Assembly (NCBI GenBank): GCA_963748625.1
Contig: CAVVJT010000010.1
Coordinates: 1-64,000, forward strand
Source of the DNA: an uncultured Chloroflexia bacterium
Lineage (GTDB): Bacteria; Chloroflexota; Limnocylindria; Limnocylindrales; CSP1-4
DNA: 64,000 bases
Reading direction: 5' to 3'
This document shows, one piece after another, positions 54,301 to 64,000 of the stretch (positions within the stretch are counted from its first letter, which is position 1; every line of letters starts with the position of its first letter). The position numbers and the translations under genes were made by a program. Under the pieces are notes generated by a model. It had not been told where the DNA came from. It ran no database searches and was given only the letters and a program-made list of their open reading frames with translations.

Positions 54301-57300
54301 GCAGGCGGGTCGTTGCCACATCGAACCACTCCCCCTGGAAGAAGGGCCCGACCGCGTCCAGGAACGCCGTCTTCCACTTGAGGTCCGTGAGCTCCTCGAG
54401 CAGGTACAGGGTGACTCCGATCGCCGCGACCACGGCAAGCGCGATCCACCCGGCAGGACCACTCGCGACGCCCGCTGCAACAAGCGCCGTCACGAGCGCA
54501 GTCTCGACGGCAACCTCGAGCACGAGGATGGTGGCGTCGACGACGAACTCGGTCATCGCTTGGCCGTAGCCCTCCATCCCGCCGCCGTAGTAGAGGAACG
54601 TCGCCAGGAAGCTCAGGCCGATGGCCGCCCCCTCCACCAGCGTGCCCCCCGTCTCGAGCCAGCCGCCGACCTTCTTGGCGAACTTGACGGAGGCCGAGAC
54701 CTCCTTCGCCGTCTTCGTGATCCCGGCCACCCGTGATGTCGCGATCTTGGCCTTGGCGCTCTTCGCGGCCATGTCCAGGGCGTCAGCCGACGGGCTTCCA
54801 CGAAGCTTCGCGACCCAGCCCGCGAAATTCTCGATGTTGTCTGCGTTGTCGAGCAGGGGCAGCAGGGTGAGCAGCTCCCAGTGATCGTTCGTCATCACGT
54901 CCCGCAGCCGGTGGATGTCCTCGACGTCGCTCACCTGCGGCACGGGCATCCCGTCGACGGTCGCGATCACCGTGTGACCCGCGTCCCAGGACAGGAACAG
55001 CGTGGCCAGGCGCTGCTCGACCTCCGGGTCGAGCCCCCAGTCTGCTAGCCACGCAAGGAGGCCGCCGTCGATGGCGACGGGCGTCTCGCCCCGGGTGTCG
55101 TAGTAGTTGGCCTCAAAGGTGCGCAAGGTCACGGCGGGCGCATCGGCGAGCTCCAGCGTTGCGCGGTTCCCGGAGAGCGTGGCCCCATGCGCATCGCCCA
55201 GCGCGACCATGCGCATGCGATGCTCGACCGCGAGCAGGAGCGGGACGACATCCCCCTCGGGCACGTCGGCCAGCACGTCCCTTGTCAGCTGCTCGGTCGC
55301 GACGATCGCCTCCGCCTCTTGGGCGTACGTGCCGCTGCGGGTCTCGAGCGCGAGGGCCAGCGGCGCGAGCAGCGAACCGGGCGTCGCGGACGCCGGACCC
55401 TTGAGCCAGTCCTCGTCGAGGGTCAGTGCCGCCCGCGACGCCTGCGCCCAGCGCTCGTCGCGATCGGCAATCGCGGGTGAGTAGAGGTCAACGGTCACCC
55501 CAGCGTACTCGCTCGCGGCCATGCCGGTCAGCGAGAACGACTCGGGGTATTTCGCCAGCGAGATGGGCAGGTCGGTCGTCTGGTCACCGGGCGTCGCCTC
55601 GGCGAGATCCGGGTCGTCGGTGCGGCCCCGGACCAGCCATACCAGCCGCGCCTCGGCGTGGAATGTGCCTGGCTCCAGGGTCTCCGGGAGGTACATCCGC
55701 CCGGTGAGCGCGCGCGGGTTGGCCTTCTCGTCGAGCACCGGGCCGAGCGGCACGTACAGCACACCAGACTCATCGGTGCCTCGATGGGTGACCATCCCGG
55801 ACCAGGTCAGCGTCAGGCCCGTCGGCTGGACGCTGAGGCTGCCCACGCGCACCCGGAGGCTGTGGCGGACCAGGTCGTCCACCGCCACGTGGAGGATGTC
55901 GGTCCTGCCGTCGCCGTTGACATCGCCGAGGCCCACGACGTTGCCGTCGGCACCCGCCGGCATGCCGCCCTGCGTCATGAGCGGGAGCCACGTTCCGACC
56001 AGGCTCCCGGGCGCTCCGGACGTGGTGCCAACCCGCCATCGGAGCACCCCGGTCGCAGCCTGGAAGTTCCATGCAAGCACGTCGTCGGGGGTGCCGTCGC
56101 CGGTGATGTCGCCCACGACAGTGTGCGGGGTCGGGCTGTCGCCGGGCACCGAGGGCACGCTCGGTGAGAAGTGGGCGGGGACTCCGTCCTCGCCCATCTG
56201 CCAGACACCGACCTCGGCGGCAGGCCGCCAGGTGGAGGCCGCGAGTGGCTCGTTGGATGTCGCGTCGCCGTCGAAGTCGAGGCCGACGTATTCCTGGGCC
56301 CGCAGGCCACCGACCGGGGCGGGAACCGGGTTGGCCGACTGCGTCTGGCCGACGCCGAGGGCGCCGCTCATGTTCGCGCCCCAGCACCACAGCGCCCCAT
56401 CGCCCGTGCGGGCACACGTGTGTGCTGCACCGGTCTCGATGCTGACGACGTGCTCGCCCTCGTCGAGCTCGAGCTCGACCTCGGTCGGGGGCAGGAACGG
56501 CTCGCCGGCCGTCCCGCTGCCGACCTGGCCGTACGTGTTGTCGCCCCAGCACAGGACCCGGGCATCGCCCGCCGTCAGCGCGCAGGTGTGCGAGCCACCT
56601 GCGGAAACCTGGCTGATCGCCGTTCCCGGCGCGACCGGCAGGGTTACCCAGCCGCGGTCGGCCCAGGCCGACGTCCCGGTCCCGGCCGCCTGGCCGTGGA
56701 CATTGGCGCCCCAGCACTGCAGGCGACCGTCCTGGGTCACGACACAGGTATGGGCGCCGCCGGCGGACACCGCCGATGGGATCGCCCCGCCGGGCAGGTT
56801 GGTGGCGACAGGCGTCCAGTACTCCTCGAGATCGCTGCCGAGAACCTGGCGAGCGGCGTTGGCACCCCAACAGGCGACGCGGCGCGCGCCCGCGACGTCC
56901 ACGATCGCGCACGTGTGGGCATCGCCTGCGTCGAGGTTGGACTGGTCGGCGAGCACGAAGGGCACAACCGTTGGCATGCTGGACGGGGACTCGAACCACA
57001 CAAGCTGGCCGATCGTCCGCCAGCCTGCGGAGTTCGTCTCGTCGCCCGCACCCAGCTGTCCCGAGGCGTTGAGGCCCCGGCACCTGACCTGGTTGTCCCT
57101 GGTGGCCACGCAGGTGAAGCCGTCGCCGACGTCGACCTTGCTGGCGTTCGGGATGTCTGTCTCCGCGTACGGCGTCAGCGCCGTGCGGTCGCCGCCCCAG
57201 CTCCACCACGTGGAGCTGGCCTGGCCGTAGGCGTTGTCGCCCCAGCACGCGAGGCGCATGGCGCCGGTCGCCTCGTCGGGCCCGAGCAGCGCGCAGCTGT

Positions 57301-58432
57301 GCAGGCGGCCCGCGGCGAGCGCCTCGTCCCAGCCCTCGCCGCCGTCGATCCCCACTGGGTAGGGCTCGTAGGCCGGAGTGGACATGCCGTTCGGCCGAAG
57401 CCACTTCAGGCCGTACTCGTCGGGCTGCCCAGCCTCCTTCCGCCACCAGGGACCCGGCGCTCCCGTGCCCAGCTGCCCCTCGTAGTTGGCGCCCCAGCAC
57501 CACAGCTGGCCGTCCCGGAGACCGCAGGTGGTGTGGCCGCCCGCCGAGAGCGTGTCGAAGCCGTCCATCTTGGCCTGCAGGCTGGCAACGAGCTGGATGT
57601 CGTCCTTCGCCCCGTCACCATCGAGATCCGCGATGCGCACGCGTGCCGCCGTGACGTCCTCGTCGGGTGCCGGCTGGGCGGGGGGAACGATGATCCCGTA
57701 CTCGTCCAGCACGTCGGACTCGACCGCCGCCCGGTCGTCCACCGTGAGCTCGAGGTACGGGGCAACGATCGCGTCCTCGGTCGATCCGTTGGTGTCCTGC
57801 ATGGCACCCCCGTCGTCCTCACTCCAGTCGAAGCGGGCCTGGTTGAGGGCGAGGTGCGAGGCGTCCTCTGGCACCAGCTGGACGTCGACGTACGTCGGCT
57901 TGCCGCTGGTGGCGACGTCCACGTCGATCGAGGCGAGCGTGCCCGACGCGACGAACGGCGACATGTCCTTTCCGTCCGGCACACCATCGCCGTCGTTGTC
58001 CGCGAGGGTGAGGGCGTTCTCGACCGGCCGACCCCCTTGGATCTCGGCGTTGTCGGTCAGGCCATCGTCGTTCGTGTCCGTCAGGCGGGGATCGAGGCCG
58101 AGCTCGAGCTCCTCGAGGTCGCCGAGGGTGTCGTTGTCGCTGTCCGCCAGTTGCGTCGAGAGGCCGAGGACCGCCTCGACCGAATTGGGCAGGCCATCGC
58201 CGTCGGTGTCGGGGTCACCAGCCTCGCGGGCCGTTGCCAGAAGGCTCGCCCAGAGGCCCTTGAGGTCGGGGGCGGTGGTGGATTGCACGGTAGCCGGGCC
58301 GGCGGTGCCCGTCTCGGCCGAGCTGTGGCGCGTCGACGAGGCGACCGTCGCATCGGGGAGTCCGCCGGCGACAAGTGCGACGGCACAGCAGGCAAGGGCA
58401 AGACGCGAGGGTCCCCTGGGATTCCAGCGCAT
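51320..58432 (-). CDS. Giant secreted multidomain protein (Ca-binding DxDxDG repeats, RCC1 repeats, FG-GAP-like motifs, hydrophobic helical core, Ig/cadherin-like domains)
   Basis: Signal peptide and GGAGGAG RBS; DTDGDG repeats; about 7 RCC1-like HTC..CWGxNxxGQ repeats; GDVNGDGRTD; NGAPVAVDD..NDHDPDGD Big_9-like domain. Confidence 0.85.
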   Translation of the reverse strand: MRWNPRGPSRLALACCAVALVAGGLPDATVASSTRHSSAETGTAGPATVQSTTAPDLKGLWASLLATAREAGDPDTDGDGLPNSVEAVLGLSTQLADSDNDTLGDLEELELGLDPRLTDTNDDGLTDNAEIQGGRPVENALTLADNDGDGVPDGKDMSPFVASGTLASIDVDVATSGKPTYVDVQLVPEDASHLALNQARFDWSEDDGGAMQDTNGSTEDAIVAPYLELTVDDRAAVESDVLDEYGIIVPPAQPAPDEDVTAARVRIADLDGDGAKDDIQLVASLQAKMDGFDTLSAGGHTTCGLRDGQLWCWGANYEGQLGTGAPGPWWRKEAGQPDEYGLKWLRPNGMSTPAYEPYPVGIDGGEGWDEALAAGRLHSCALLGPDEATGAMRLACWGDNAYGQASSTWWSWGGDRTALTPYAETDIPNASKVDVGDGFTCVATRDNQVRCRGLNASGQLGAGDETNSAGWRTIGQLVWFESPSSMPTVVPFVLADQSNLDAGDAHTCAIVDVAGARRVACWGANAARQVLGSDLEEYWTPVATNLPGGAIPSAVSAGGAHTCVVTQDGRLQCWGANVHGQAAGTGTSAWADRGWVTLPVAPGTAISQVSAGGSHTCALTAGDARVLCWGDNTYGQVGSGTAGEPFLPPTEVELELDEGEHVVSIETGAAHTCARTGDGALWCWGANMSGALGVGQTQSANPVPAPVGGLRAQEYVGLDFDGDATSNEPLAASTWRPAAEVGVWQMGEDGVPAHFSPSVPSVPGDSPTPHTVVGDITGDGTPDDVLAWNFQAATGVLRWRVGTTSGAPGSLVGTWLPLMTQGGMPAGADGNVVGLGDVNGDGRTDILHVAVDDLVRHSLRVRVGSLSVQPTGLTLTWSGMVTHRGTDESGVLYVPLGPVLDEKANPRALTGRMYLPETLEPGTFHAEARLVWLVRGRTDDPDLAEATPGDQTTDLPISLAKYPESFSLTGMAASEYAGVTVDLYSPAIADRDERWAQASRAALTLDEDWLKGPASATPGSLLAPLALALETRSGTYAQEAEAIVATEQLTRDVLADVPEGDVVPLLLAVEHRMRMVALGDAHGATLSGNRATLELADAPAVTLRTFEANYYDTRGETPVAIDGGLLAWLADWGLDPEVEQRLATLFLSWDAGHTVIATVDGMPVPQVSDVEDIHRLRDVMTNDHWELLTLLPLLDNADNIENFAGWVAKLRGSPSADALDMAAKSAKAKIATSRVAGITKTAKEVSASVKFAKKVGGWLETGGTLVEGAAIGLSFLATFLYYGGGMEGYGQAMTEFVVDATILVLEVAVETALVTALVAAGVASGPAGWIALAVVAAIGVTLYLLEELTDLKWKTAFLDAVGPFFQGEWFDVATTRLRLERTRAVLEDADGNGIDVGDAIGVSSDTYASDFPVGYIDPSGDYDTWSYLYDLWWTWAGAGLWATPGTPPDDATDTTPRDTTTWQVDEVIAGSHQSDVEVYRLAENLVAQSCCQRHEVQAWVLPAAPDPEFAVTYHVEAKGIAAAIKCEHYACNHYFSGEGDAPEYELIETKVYDVLPATFAGFLDWWRVIRPLDEDGDGLEIEISTVEGMADSDGDGLPDGYEVNVLHTDPNIEDLDHDGLVDGFDTDRDGLSDGREVELGTDPRVIDSDGDTLTDAEEVEGWAIAFAFHGRAVQAWVTSDPTLPDGDSGHRPGAASAGDGLADDLERDLGLNPLSSDTDGDGVLDGLDGDRDNDGVADTVERAGPNDGDASGNGVPDAGEPDVASLPNAVDGAYVMVTVPPGTWLSDVAAAPVPVGTPARLQLPYGLVAFTVGGVATGGRVTARLYVPLDASIQGVWKHGPSATDPTTHWHEVEAELDPSFPGFSALVARFDLVDGGEGDADLVADGRIVDPVAVGTWTNGAPVAVDDIATTSEDAPITLDLVANDHDPDGDTLVVTGLDTGSTTGAANVNPDGTVTWDPSGRFETLHPGDTVTDSFGYTVADGHGGTDTGLVRISVTGTEDALAVSVDATSVSAQHGDGIAPVIVTATDADSPSLTIAATGLPAGLAIGPTACVPDGSGSTCTAQVSGTVAAKAGVYPTKVTATDGTLSTAIDLTVNVAAEDATLALSATNPAFVKVRATTGKSGPISLKVVATETVPDTAAGDALPGDIGTAGLSIRLVPVSGGSAIAPSGRCTRTPSGSGYGRSLVVTCPFAQLSPKAYAVQATADGVRFAGATTGALAVADPRTGSASGGGAFTWPGKGGITRFAFTARARSSGATPKGSILLIRWAPGGQHVVRASTLSQLRIGRDGTTTWAKLSGRASYQAPGWTAPKSGYTITLYVRDRTATDRIWVELRDPAGARVAAMSMATSAAKHTVPLTRGGIIVRRF

Positions 58433-58643
58433 GGCTGTCGCTCCTCCGATGGGACGCCCGCGGGCCCCAGACCGCCGACAGGCCCTACCCCATGCCTGGA
58501 CGACGCCGCGACGTCATCGAAGCCACAGCGCGAGGGCAAGGCAAGTTCCGATCGGCCCTCTGTGGCGGGCTACCCGGGACCGTCCCGCACTCCGCGACCC
58601 AGGGTCCTGGTACGGGCACATCGCTCGAACCGCGACACGGCCC

Positions 58644-58661
58644 GCACAACTTCTGCACATC
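58644..58661 (+). promoter_or_regulatory. Candidate OmpR-family direct-repeat operator
   Basis: GCACAAC-ttct-GCACATC, 11-bp period, upstream of the membrane protein/response regulator/kinase genes. Confidence 0.5.
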
Positions 58662-58734
58662 CTGCCGCGATCGTGGTCCCTGTCGACCACGACAGCCCGC
58701 ACGGAGCGGGCCATCAGCATCGGAGATCATCGGA

Positions 58735-59103
58735 ATGCGTGCAGCACTTGCGCTCCTCATCACCGGCGGCGTCGCCCTCGGCGCCGGCTTCCTCGGCTTC
58801 CAGGCCGGGGTGGCCAGCAACATCGGAACGGCCGGCGGGACCGTCGTCCTCGGCGGCGGACTCGGCGTGTTTGGCTTGTTCCTGTTCATGGGCTTCCTGT
58901 TCTTCTCGTTCCTCGTCCTGGCCGCGATCCTCGGCGGCCGGCGGCACCGGCGCGGGGGTTGGGGCCACCACGGGGCGATGGGACCCGGCGGGCATGGGGA
59001 CGCCCGACGCGCATGGGTCGCCGAGGTTCACCGGGCGCTCCACGAGGAGGAGGCGAATGCCGCCGGCCGGACCCCCAGCACCACCTCGAGCGCCGGCGCC
59101 TGA
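58735..59103 (+). CDS. Small membrane protein with His/Gly-rich tail
   Basis: GGAG RBS; two hydrophobic segments; GGWGHHG...EVHRALH; precedes the two-component system. Confidence 0.7.
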   Translation: MRAALALLITGGVALGAGFLGFQAGVASNIGTAGGTVVLGGGLGVFGLFLFMGFLFFSFLVLAAILGGRRHRRGGWGHHGAMGPGGHGDARRAWVAEVHRALHEEEANAAGRTPSTTSSAGA

Positions 59104-59162
59104 CCCTCGCCATGACGCCGGGCGGGTATCCTCGCCCGGCGTCGCCATCCCCTGGAGTCGGA

Positions 59163-59849
59163 ATGCGCACCATCCTCGTCGTCGAGGACGAGCCCCGGAT
59201 CGCCGGCCTCGTCCGCGACTACCTCGAGCAGGCGGGCTTCGCCGTCCTCACCGCGGGCGACGGCTCGGGCGCCCTCGCGCTCGCCCGCACCCGTCGGCCG
59301 GACGCGATCGTGCTGGATCTGGGCCTCCCCGGCATCGACGGGCTCGACGTGATCCGCTCCCTGCGCCGCGACTCCGACATCCCGATCGTCATCCTGTCCG
59401 CTCGTGGCGACGAGAGCGACCGCATCGCGGGCCTGGAGCTGGGCGCGGACGACTATGTCGTGAAGCCGTTCAGCCCGAAGGAGGTCGTCGCCCGCGTCCG
59501 AGCCGTACTCCGCCGCGCCGACACCCGCTCCATGCCGGAAGAGCGGATCACCGCCGGCGACCTGGAGATCGACACGGCCCGGCGCCGCGTCATCGCCGGC
59601 GGCCGCGCCGTCTCCCTCACACCCACCGAGTTCGAGATCCTCGTGACCCTTGCCCGCGAGCCGGGCCGCGTCTGGACCCGGTCGCAGCTGCTCGATGCCG
59701 TGCACGGCTTCAGCCTCGAGACGTACGAGCGGGCGATCGATGGCCACATCCGCAACCTGCGCCGCAAGCTGGAGAGCGACCCAGCCGCGCCACGGTACGT
59801 CCGGACGGTGCACGGGGTCGGCTACGCGCTCGAGGAGCCTGCCCGGTGA
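59163..59849 (+). CDS. OmpR/PhoB-family response regulator
   Basis: ILVVEDE, LDLGLPG, GADDYVVKPF, LTPTEF, HIRNLRRKL, TVHGVGY. Confidence 0.95.
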   Translation: MRTILVVEDEPRIAGLVRDYLEQAGFAVLTAGDGSGALALARTRRPDAIVLDLGLPGIDGLDVIRSLRRDSDIPIVILSARGDESDRIAGLELGADDYVVKPFSPKEVVARVRAVLRRADTRSMPEERITAGDLEIDTARRRVIAGGRAVSLTPTEFEILVTLAREPGRVWTRSQLLDAVHGFSLETYERAIDGHIRNLRRKLESDPAAPRYVRTVHGVGYALEEPAR

Positions 59850-60985
59850 GCTCCCCCACGCCGTCGGGCTCCCGCTCGAGCGACCCCCGAGCGCCGCGGA
59901 GCGGGCGACGCCCCGGCCCTGGCCGCCATGGGCCGTACGGCCGACGGGGACCCCGCAACGGCCGCGCCGGGACCGCGGGCTTCGTCGGCTGCTTCGCCGT
60001 CCTCGTCATCGTCATGGTCGGCCTGTTCGCGGCCTTCGCCACCTGGGTCGCCGGCGCCATCCTCGGTGTCGTCGCGCCAAGCGCCGCTCCGTCGGCCGCC
60101 ACCGTCGTCGCGGTCCTCGTCGTCATCGTGGTGGCAGGCGCCTGGATGGCCCGGATGGTGGGCCGCTCGATCCGGCCGCTGGGCGACATGGCCGACGCCA
60201 CCCGGCGCCTGGCCGACGGTGAGGCCGGTATCCGCGTGGAGGTCCGTGGTCCGCGTCCGGTCCGCGAGCTCGCCGCGTCGCTGAACACCATGGCCGAACG
60301 CCTCGACCGCTCCCGGGACTCCCGCAGCAGCATGCTCGCGGACGTCACCCACGAGCTGCGCACCCCGCTCACCGTGGTGGCCGGGGGCCTCGAGGCCATG
60401 CTCGACGGCGTCCACCCGATGGACGAGGACCATGTCGCCCCGCTCCTGGCCGAGACCGAGACGATGGGCCGCCTCCTCGACGACCTGCGCACGCTCTCGC
60501 TCGCCGACGCGGGTGCCCTCACCCTGCACCGCGAGCCGGCCGACCTCGCGGGGCTTGCCGCAAGCGTGGTGGCGGCGCAGGGACCGATCGCCGACGCCAG
60601 GCGCGTCGATCTCGCCGCCGGAGGTGACGCCCGCGTGGACGCCGATGTCGATCCCGTCCGCATCCGCGAGGTGATGGCCAATCTCGTCGCCAACGCCATC
60701 CGGCACACGCCCAGCGGTGGCCAGGTCCGGCTCAGCGTGCGGGCCGGGGGTGACGAGGCCGTCATCGAGGTTGCCGACACGGGTGAGGGAATCGCCCCGG
60801 AGCAGCTCGGTCGGGTCTTCGACCGCTTCGAGCGCCACGCCGACACCGGCGGCTCTGGCCTCGGGCTCGCGATCGTGTGGGACCTGGTGACCGCACACGG
60901 CGGCACGGTCACGGCCGAGAGCAGCGGCGTGCCCGGGGACGGGGCCCGCTTCGTGGTGCGCCTCCCGCTGCTGGCCTCGCCGTAG
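59846..60985 (+). CDS. HAMP-domain sensor histidine kinase (BaeS-like, very short extracellular loop)
   Basis: 2 TMs, HAMP, HELRTPL, NLVANAIRH, DTGEGI, GSGLGL; GTG overlaps the regulator stop. Confidence 0.93.
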   Translation: MSSPTPSGSRSSDPRAPRSGRRPGPGRHGPYGRRGPRNGRAGTAGFVGCFAVLVIVMVGLFAAFATWVAGAILGVVAPSAAPSAATVVAVLVVIVVAGAWMARMVGRSIRPLGDMADATRRLADGEAGIRVEVRGPRPVRELAASLNTMAERLDRSRDSRSSMLADVTHELRTPLTVVAGGLEAMLDGVHPMDEDHVAPLLAETETMGRLLDDLRTLSLADAGALTLHREPADLAGLAASVVAAQGPIADARRVDLAAGGDARVDADVDPVRIREVMANLVANAIRHTPSGGQVRLSVRAGGDEAVIEVADTGEGIAPEQLGRVFDRFERHADTGGSGLGLAIVWDLVTAHGGTVTAESSGVPGDGARFVVRLPLLASP

Positions 60986-61097
60986 GTCCGTCGCGGGTGG
61001 GCCAGCCGGGACAGGATAGGCAGGGTTCGGCACCATAGGGCCCAGCGGTGCTTGCGCGGCCGGACGCCGCCACCGCCGGACCAGGAGTGTGCCCCCG

Positions 61098-62885
61098 ATG
61101 TGCGGTGTCTTCGGCTACGTGACCAACCGGGACGAGGCGCTCGGCCCCATCCTGGTGGAGGCCGCCCGGCGGCTCACGTACCGCGGCTACGACTCCGTCG
61201 GGGCGGCGACCTTCCGCGACGGCACGATCGACCTGCGCAAGGATGTTGGCCGGGTGGACGAGGTCGCCGCACGCCTCGACCTGGCGGGCATGCGTGGCAC
61301 CCGCGGGATCACGCAACTGCGCTGGGCGACCTTCGGCGCGCCGTCACAGGCAAACGCCCAGCCCCACCTCGACTCCGACGGCTCGATGGTCGGGGCCCAC
61401 AACGGCAACGTCGTGAACAACGTGGAGCTGCGGATCCAGTTCCTGGCCGAGGGGATGACCGTCCGGTCGGACAATGACGGCGAGACCTGCGTCCATGCGG
61501 TGGAACGCCACGTCCGCCAGGGCCACGAGCTGGTCGAGGCGATCCGGCTTGCCTACGCGGACCTGGAGGGCGACTACGCACTCGTGATCGGGCGGGCCGA
61601 CGACGACCGGTTGTACGCCTTCAAGAAGGGGTCGGGGCTCGTGGTCGGGATCGGGGACGGCTTCACCTGTGTCTCGTCGGACCTGCCCTCGCTGCTGCCG
61701 CTCACGCGGACCGTGGTGCGACCCCTGGACGGCGAGATCGTCACCCTGTGGGCCGACCGCATCGAGGTTCGCTCGGTGGCCGACGGCAGCCTCGTCCACC
61801 GGCCGGCGGAGCTCGTCACCGAATCGATGGACGCCGTCATGAAGGGCGGCTACGCGCACTTCATGGCCAAGGAGATCCACGAGCAGCCGCAAGTGGCCCG
61901 GGAGCTACTCCACCTCCTGGACGCCAGCTCGGACGTGGCACCCGTCGTGGAACGGATGCGGACTGCCCGCCACCTCTACCTGATCGGCTGCGGCACCAGC
62001 TTCCACGCTGCGGCCGCCGGCTCCGTGTTCCTCGCCCAGCTCGCCGGCCGGGCGGCGATCCCCGTGCTGGCGCCCCAGTTCATCGCCCAGTACGCACCTG
62101 CGGTCGGCCCCGACGACGTCGGGCTGTTCGTCAGCCAGTCGGGCGAGACGAAGGACGTGCTCAACGCGCTCGAGGCAGCGAAGCGCCAGGGCATGGACAC
62201 CTTCGGCCTCGCCAACGTCGTCGGCTCCACGCTCACGCGGGCCACGAGGCTCTGCCTGCCGCTCGGCTGCGGGTACGAGATCAGCGTGCCGGCCACCAAG
62301 ACGTTCACCAACCAGGTCCTCGCGTTCCTGTACCTGGCCTACCGCCTGGCCGAGCGGGACACGGCGGCACTCGGGCACGTGCCGGACCTGATGGAGGCGA
62401 CGCTTGCCGCCGTGGCCGGGCAGGTCGAGGGGATCGCCGCCGAGATCAACCCCTGGGACAACCTCTACTGCCTGGGCTACGGCGCGACCTACCCGATCGC
62501 GCTGGAAGGTGCGCTCAAGCTCAAGGAGATCACCTACGCACACTGTGAGGGGATGCTCTCGACGGAGTTCAAGCACGGCCCCCTCTCCGCCGTCACCGAT
62601 GGCTACCCGATCATCTTCGTGGCCGGCCCGGCCGACATTCCGCTGATCATCAGCGGCATCAACGAGGTCAAGGTCCGCGGGGCACGGACGATCACCATCG
62701 CCGAGGAGGACCCTCGCCTGCGCGCCAACGGCGACGAGCTCGTGGCGATCCCGGCCTCGGACCCGCAGATCAACGCGCTCCTTGCGGTCCTCCCGCTGCA
62801 ACTGCTCTCGTACCACGTGAGCGTGCTGCGCGGCTTCGACCCGGACTTCCCGCGCAATCTGTCGAAGACGCTCACCGTGGACTGA
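61098..62885 (+). CDS. glmS: Glutamine--fructose-6-phosphate aminotransferase (divergent)
   Basis: N-terminal MCG, YRGYDS, HNG, SQSGET, EGALKLKEITY, KHGP, PRNLSKTLTVD. Confidence 0.88.
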   Translation: MCGVFGYVTNRDEALGPILVEAARRLTYRGYDSVGAATFRDGTIDLRKDVGRVDEVAARLDLAGMRGTRGITQLRWATFGAPSQANAQPHLDSDGSMVGAHNGNVVNNVELRIQFLAEGMTVRSDNDGETCVHAVERHVRQGHELVEAIRLAYADLEGDYALVIGRADDDRLYAFKKGSGLVVGIGDGFTCVSSDLPSLLPLTRTVVRPLDGEIVTLWADRIEVRSVADGSLVHRPAELVTESMDAVMKGGYAHFMAKEIHEQPQVARELLHLLDASSDVAPVVERMRTARHLYLIGCGTSFHAAAAGSVFLAQLAGRAAIPVLAPQFIAQYAPAVGPDDVGLFVSQSGETKDVLNALEAAKRQGMDTFGLANVVGSTLTRATRLCLPLGCGYEISVPATKTFTNQVLAFLYLAYRLAERDTAALGHVPDLMEATLAAVAGQVEGIAAEINPWDNLYCLGYGATYPIALEGALKLKEITYAHCEGMLSTEFKHGPLSAVTDGYPIIFVAGPADIPLIISGINEVKVRGARTITIAEEDPRLRANGDELVAIPASDPQINALLAVLPLQLLSYHVSVLRGFDPDFPRNLSKTLTVD

Positions 62886-62918
62886 GGGCCGATCGCGGGA
62901 GACTGGCTCCCGTTCGGT

Positions 62919-64000
<1,082 letters not shown>

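Noticed and set aside
56171-60985. 1604-aa and 787-aa ORFs that look like giant kinase or regulator fusions
   Set aside because: Only the 3' ends (59846-60985 and 59163-59849) are the real kinase and regulator; the rest is open frame antisense to the giant gene
60986-61097. glmS ribozyme upstream of glmS
   Set aside because: No AGCGCC...GACGAGG core visible and the region is short

Overview
High-GC bacterial chromosomal window. The gene set, a Gram-positive-type SOS box and Pro/Thr-rich secreted proteins suggest Chloroflexota, possibly Limnocylindria-like; this is inference only. Most genes are on the minus strand. The window holds two tRNA clusters (partial Cys, Gln, Gly, Phe; Val, Leu, Leu), lemA-htpX, rapZ-yvcK-whiA-tpiA-gpmI-secG, tatAC, secDF-recJ-TolB-like-pyrF, and a nearly complete DNA-repair set (uvrA, uvrB, uvrC, a short UvrD, recJ, mutM, polA). 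It ends with a two-component system, a divergent glmS and a partial argG. Main points of interest: (i) a 2370-aa secreted mosaic protein with Ca-binding repeats, a nested RCC1 propeller and a central hydrophobic, pore-forming-like segment; (ii) a LexA-boxed uvrB followed closely by a HicB-like/DinB/GNAT fusion; (iii) about 11 genes with a -10 hexamer 6-9 nt before the start codon, suggesting leaderless mRNAs; (iv) a dispersed 42-bp intergenic repeat; (v) a cluster of indels at about 25.7-29.5 kb that is probably assembly error. No CRISPR array, transposase, integrase or rRNA was seen. All family assignments are by-eye motif recognition; no searches were run.
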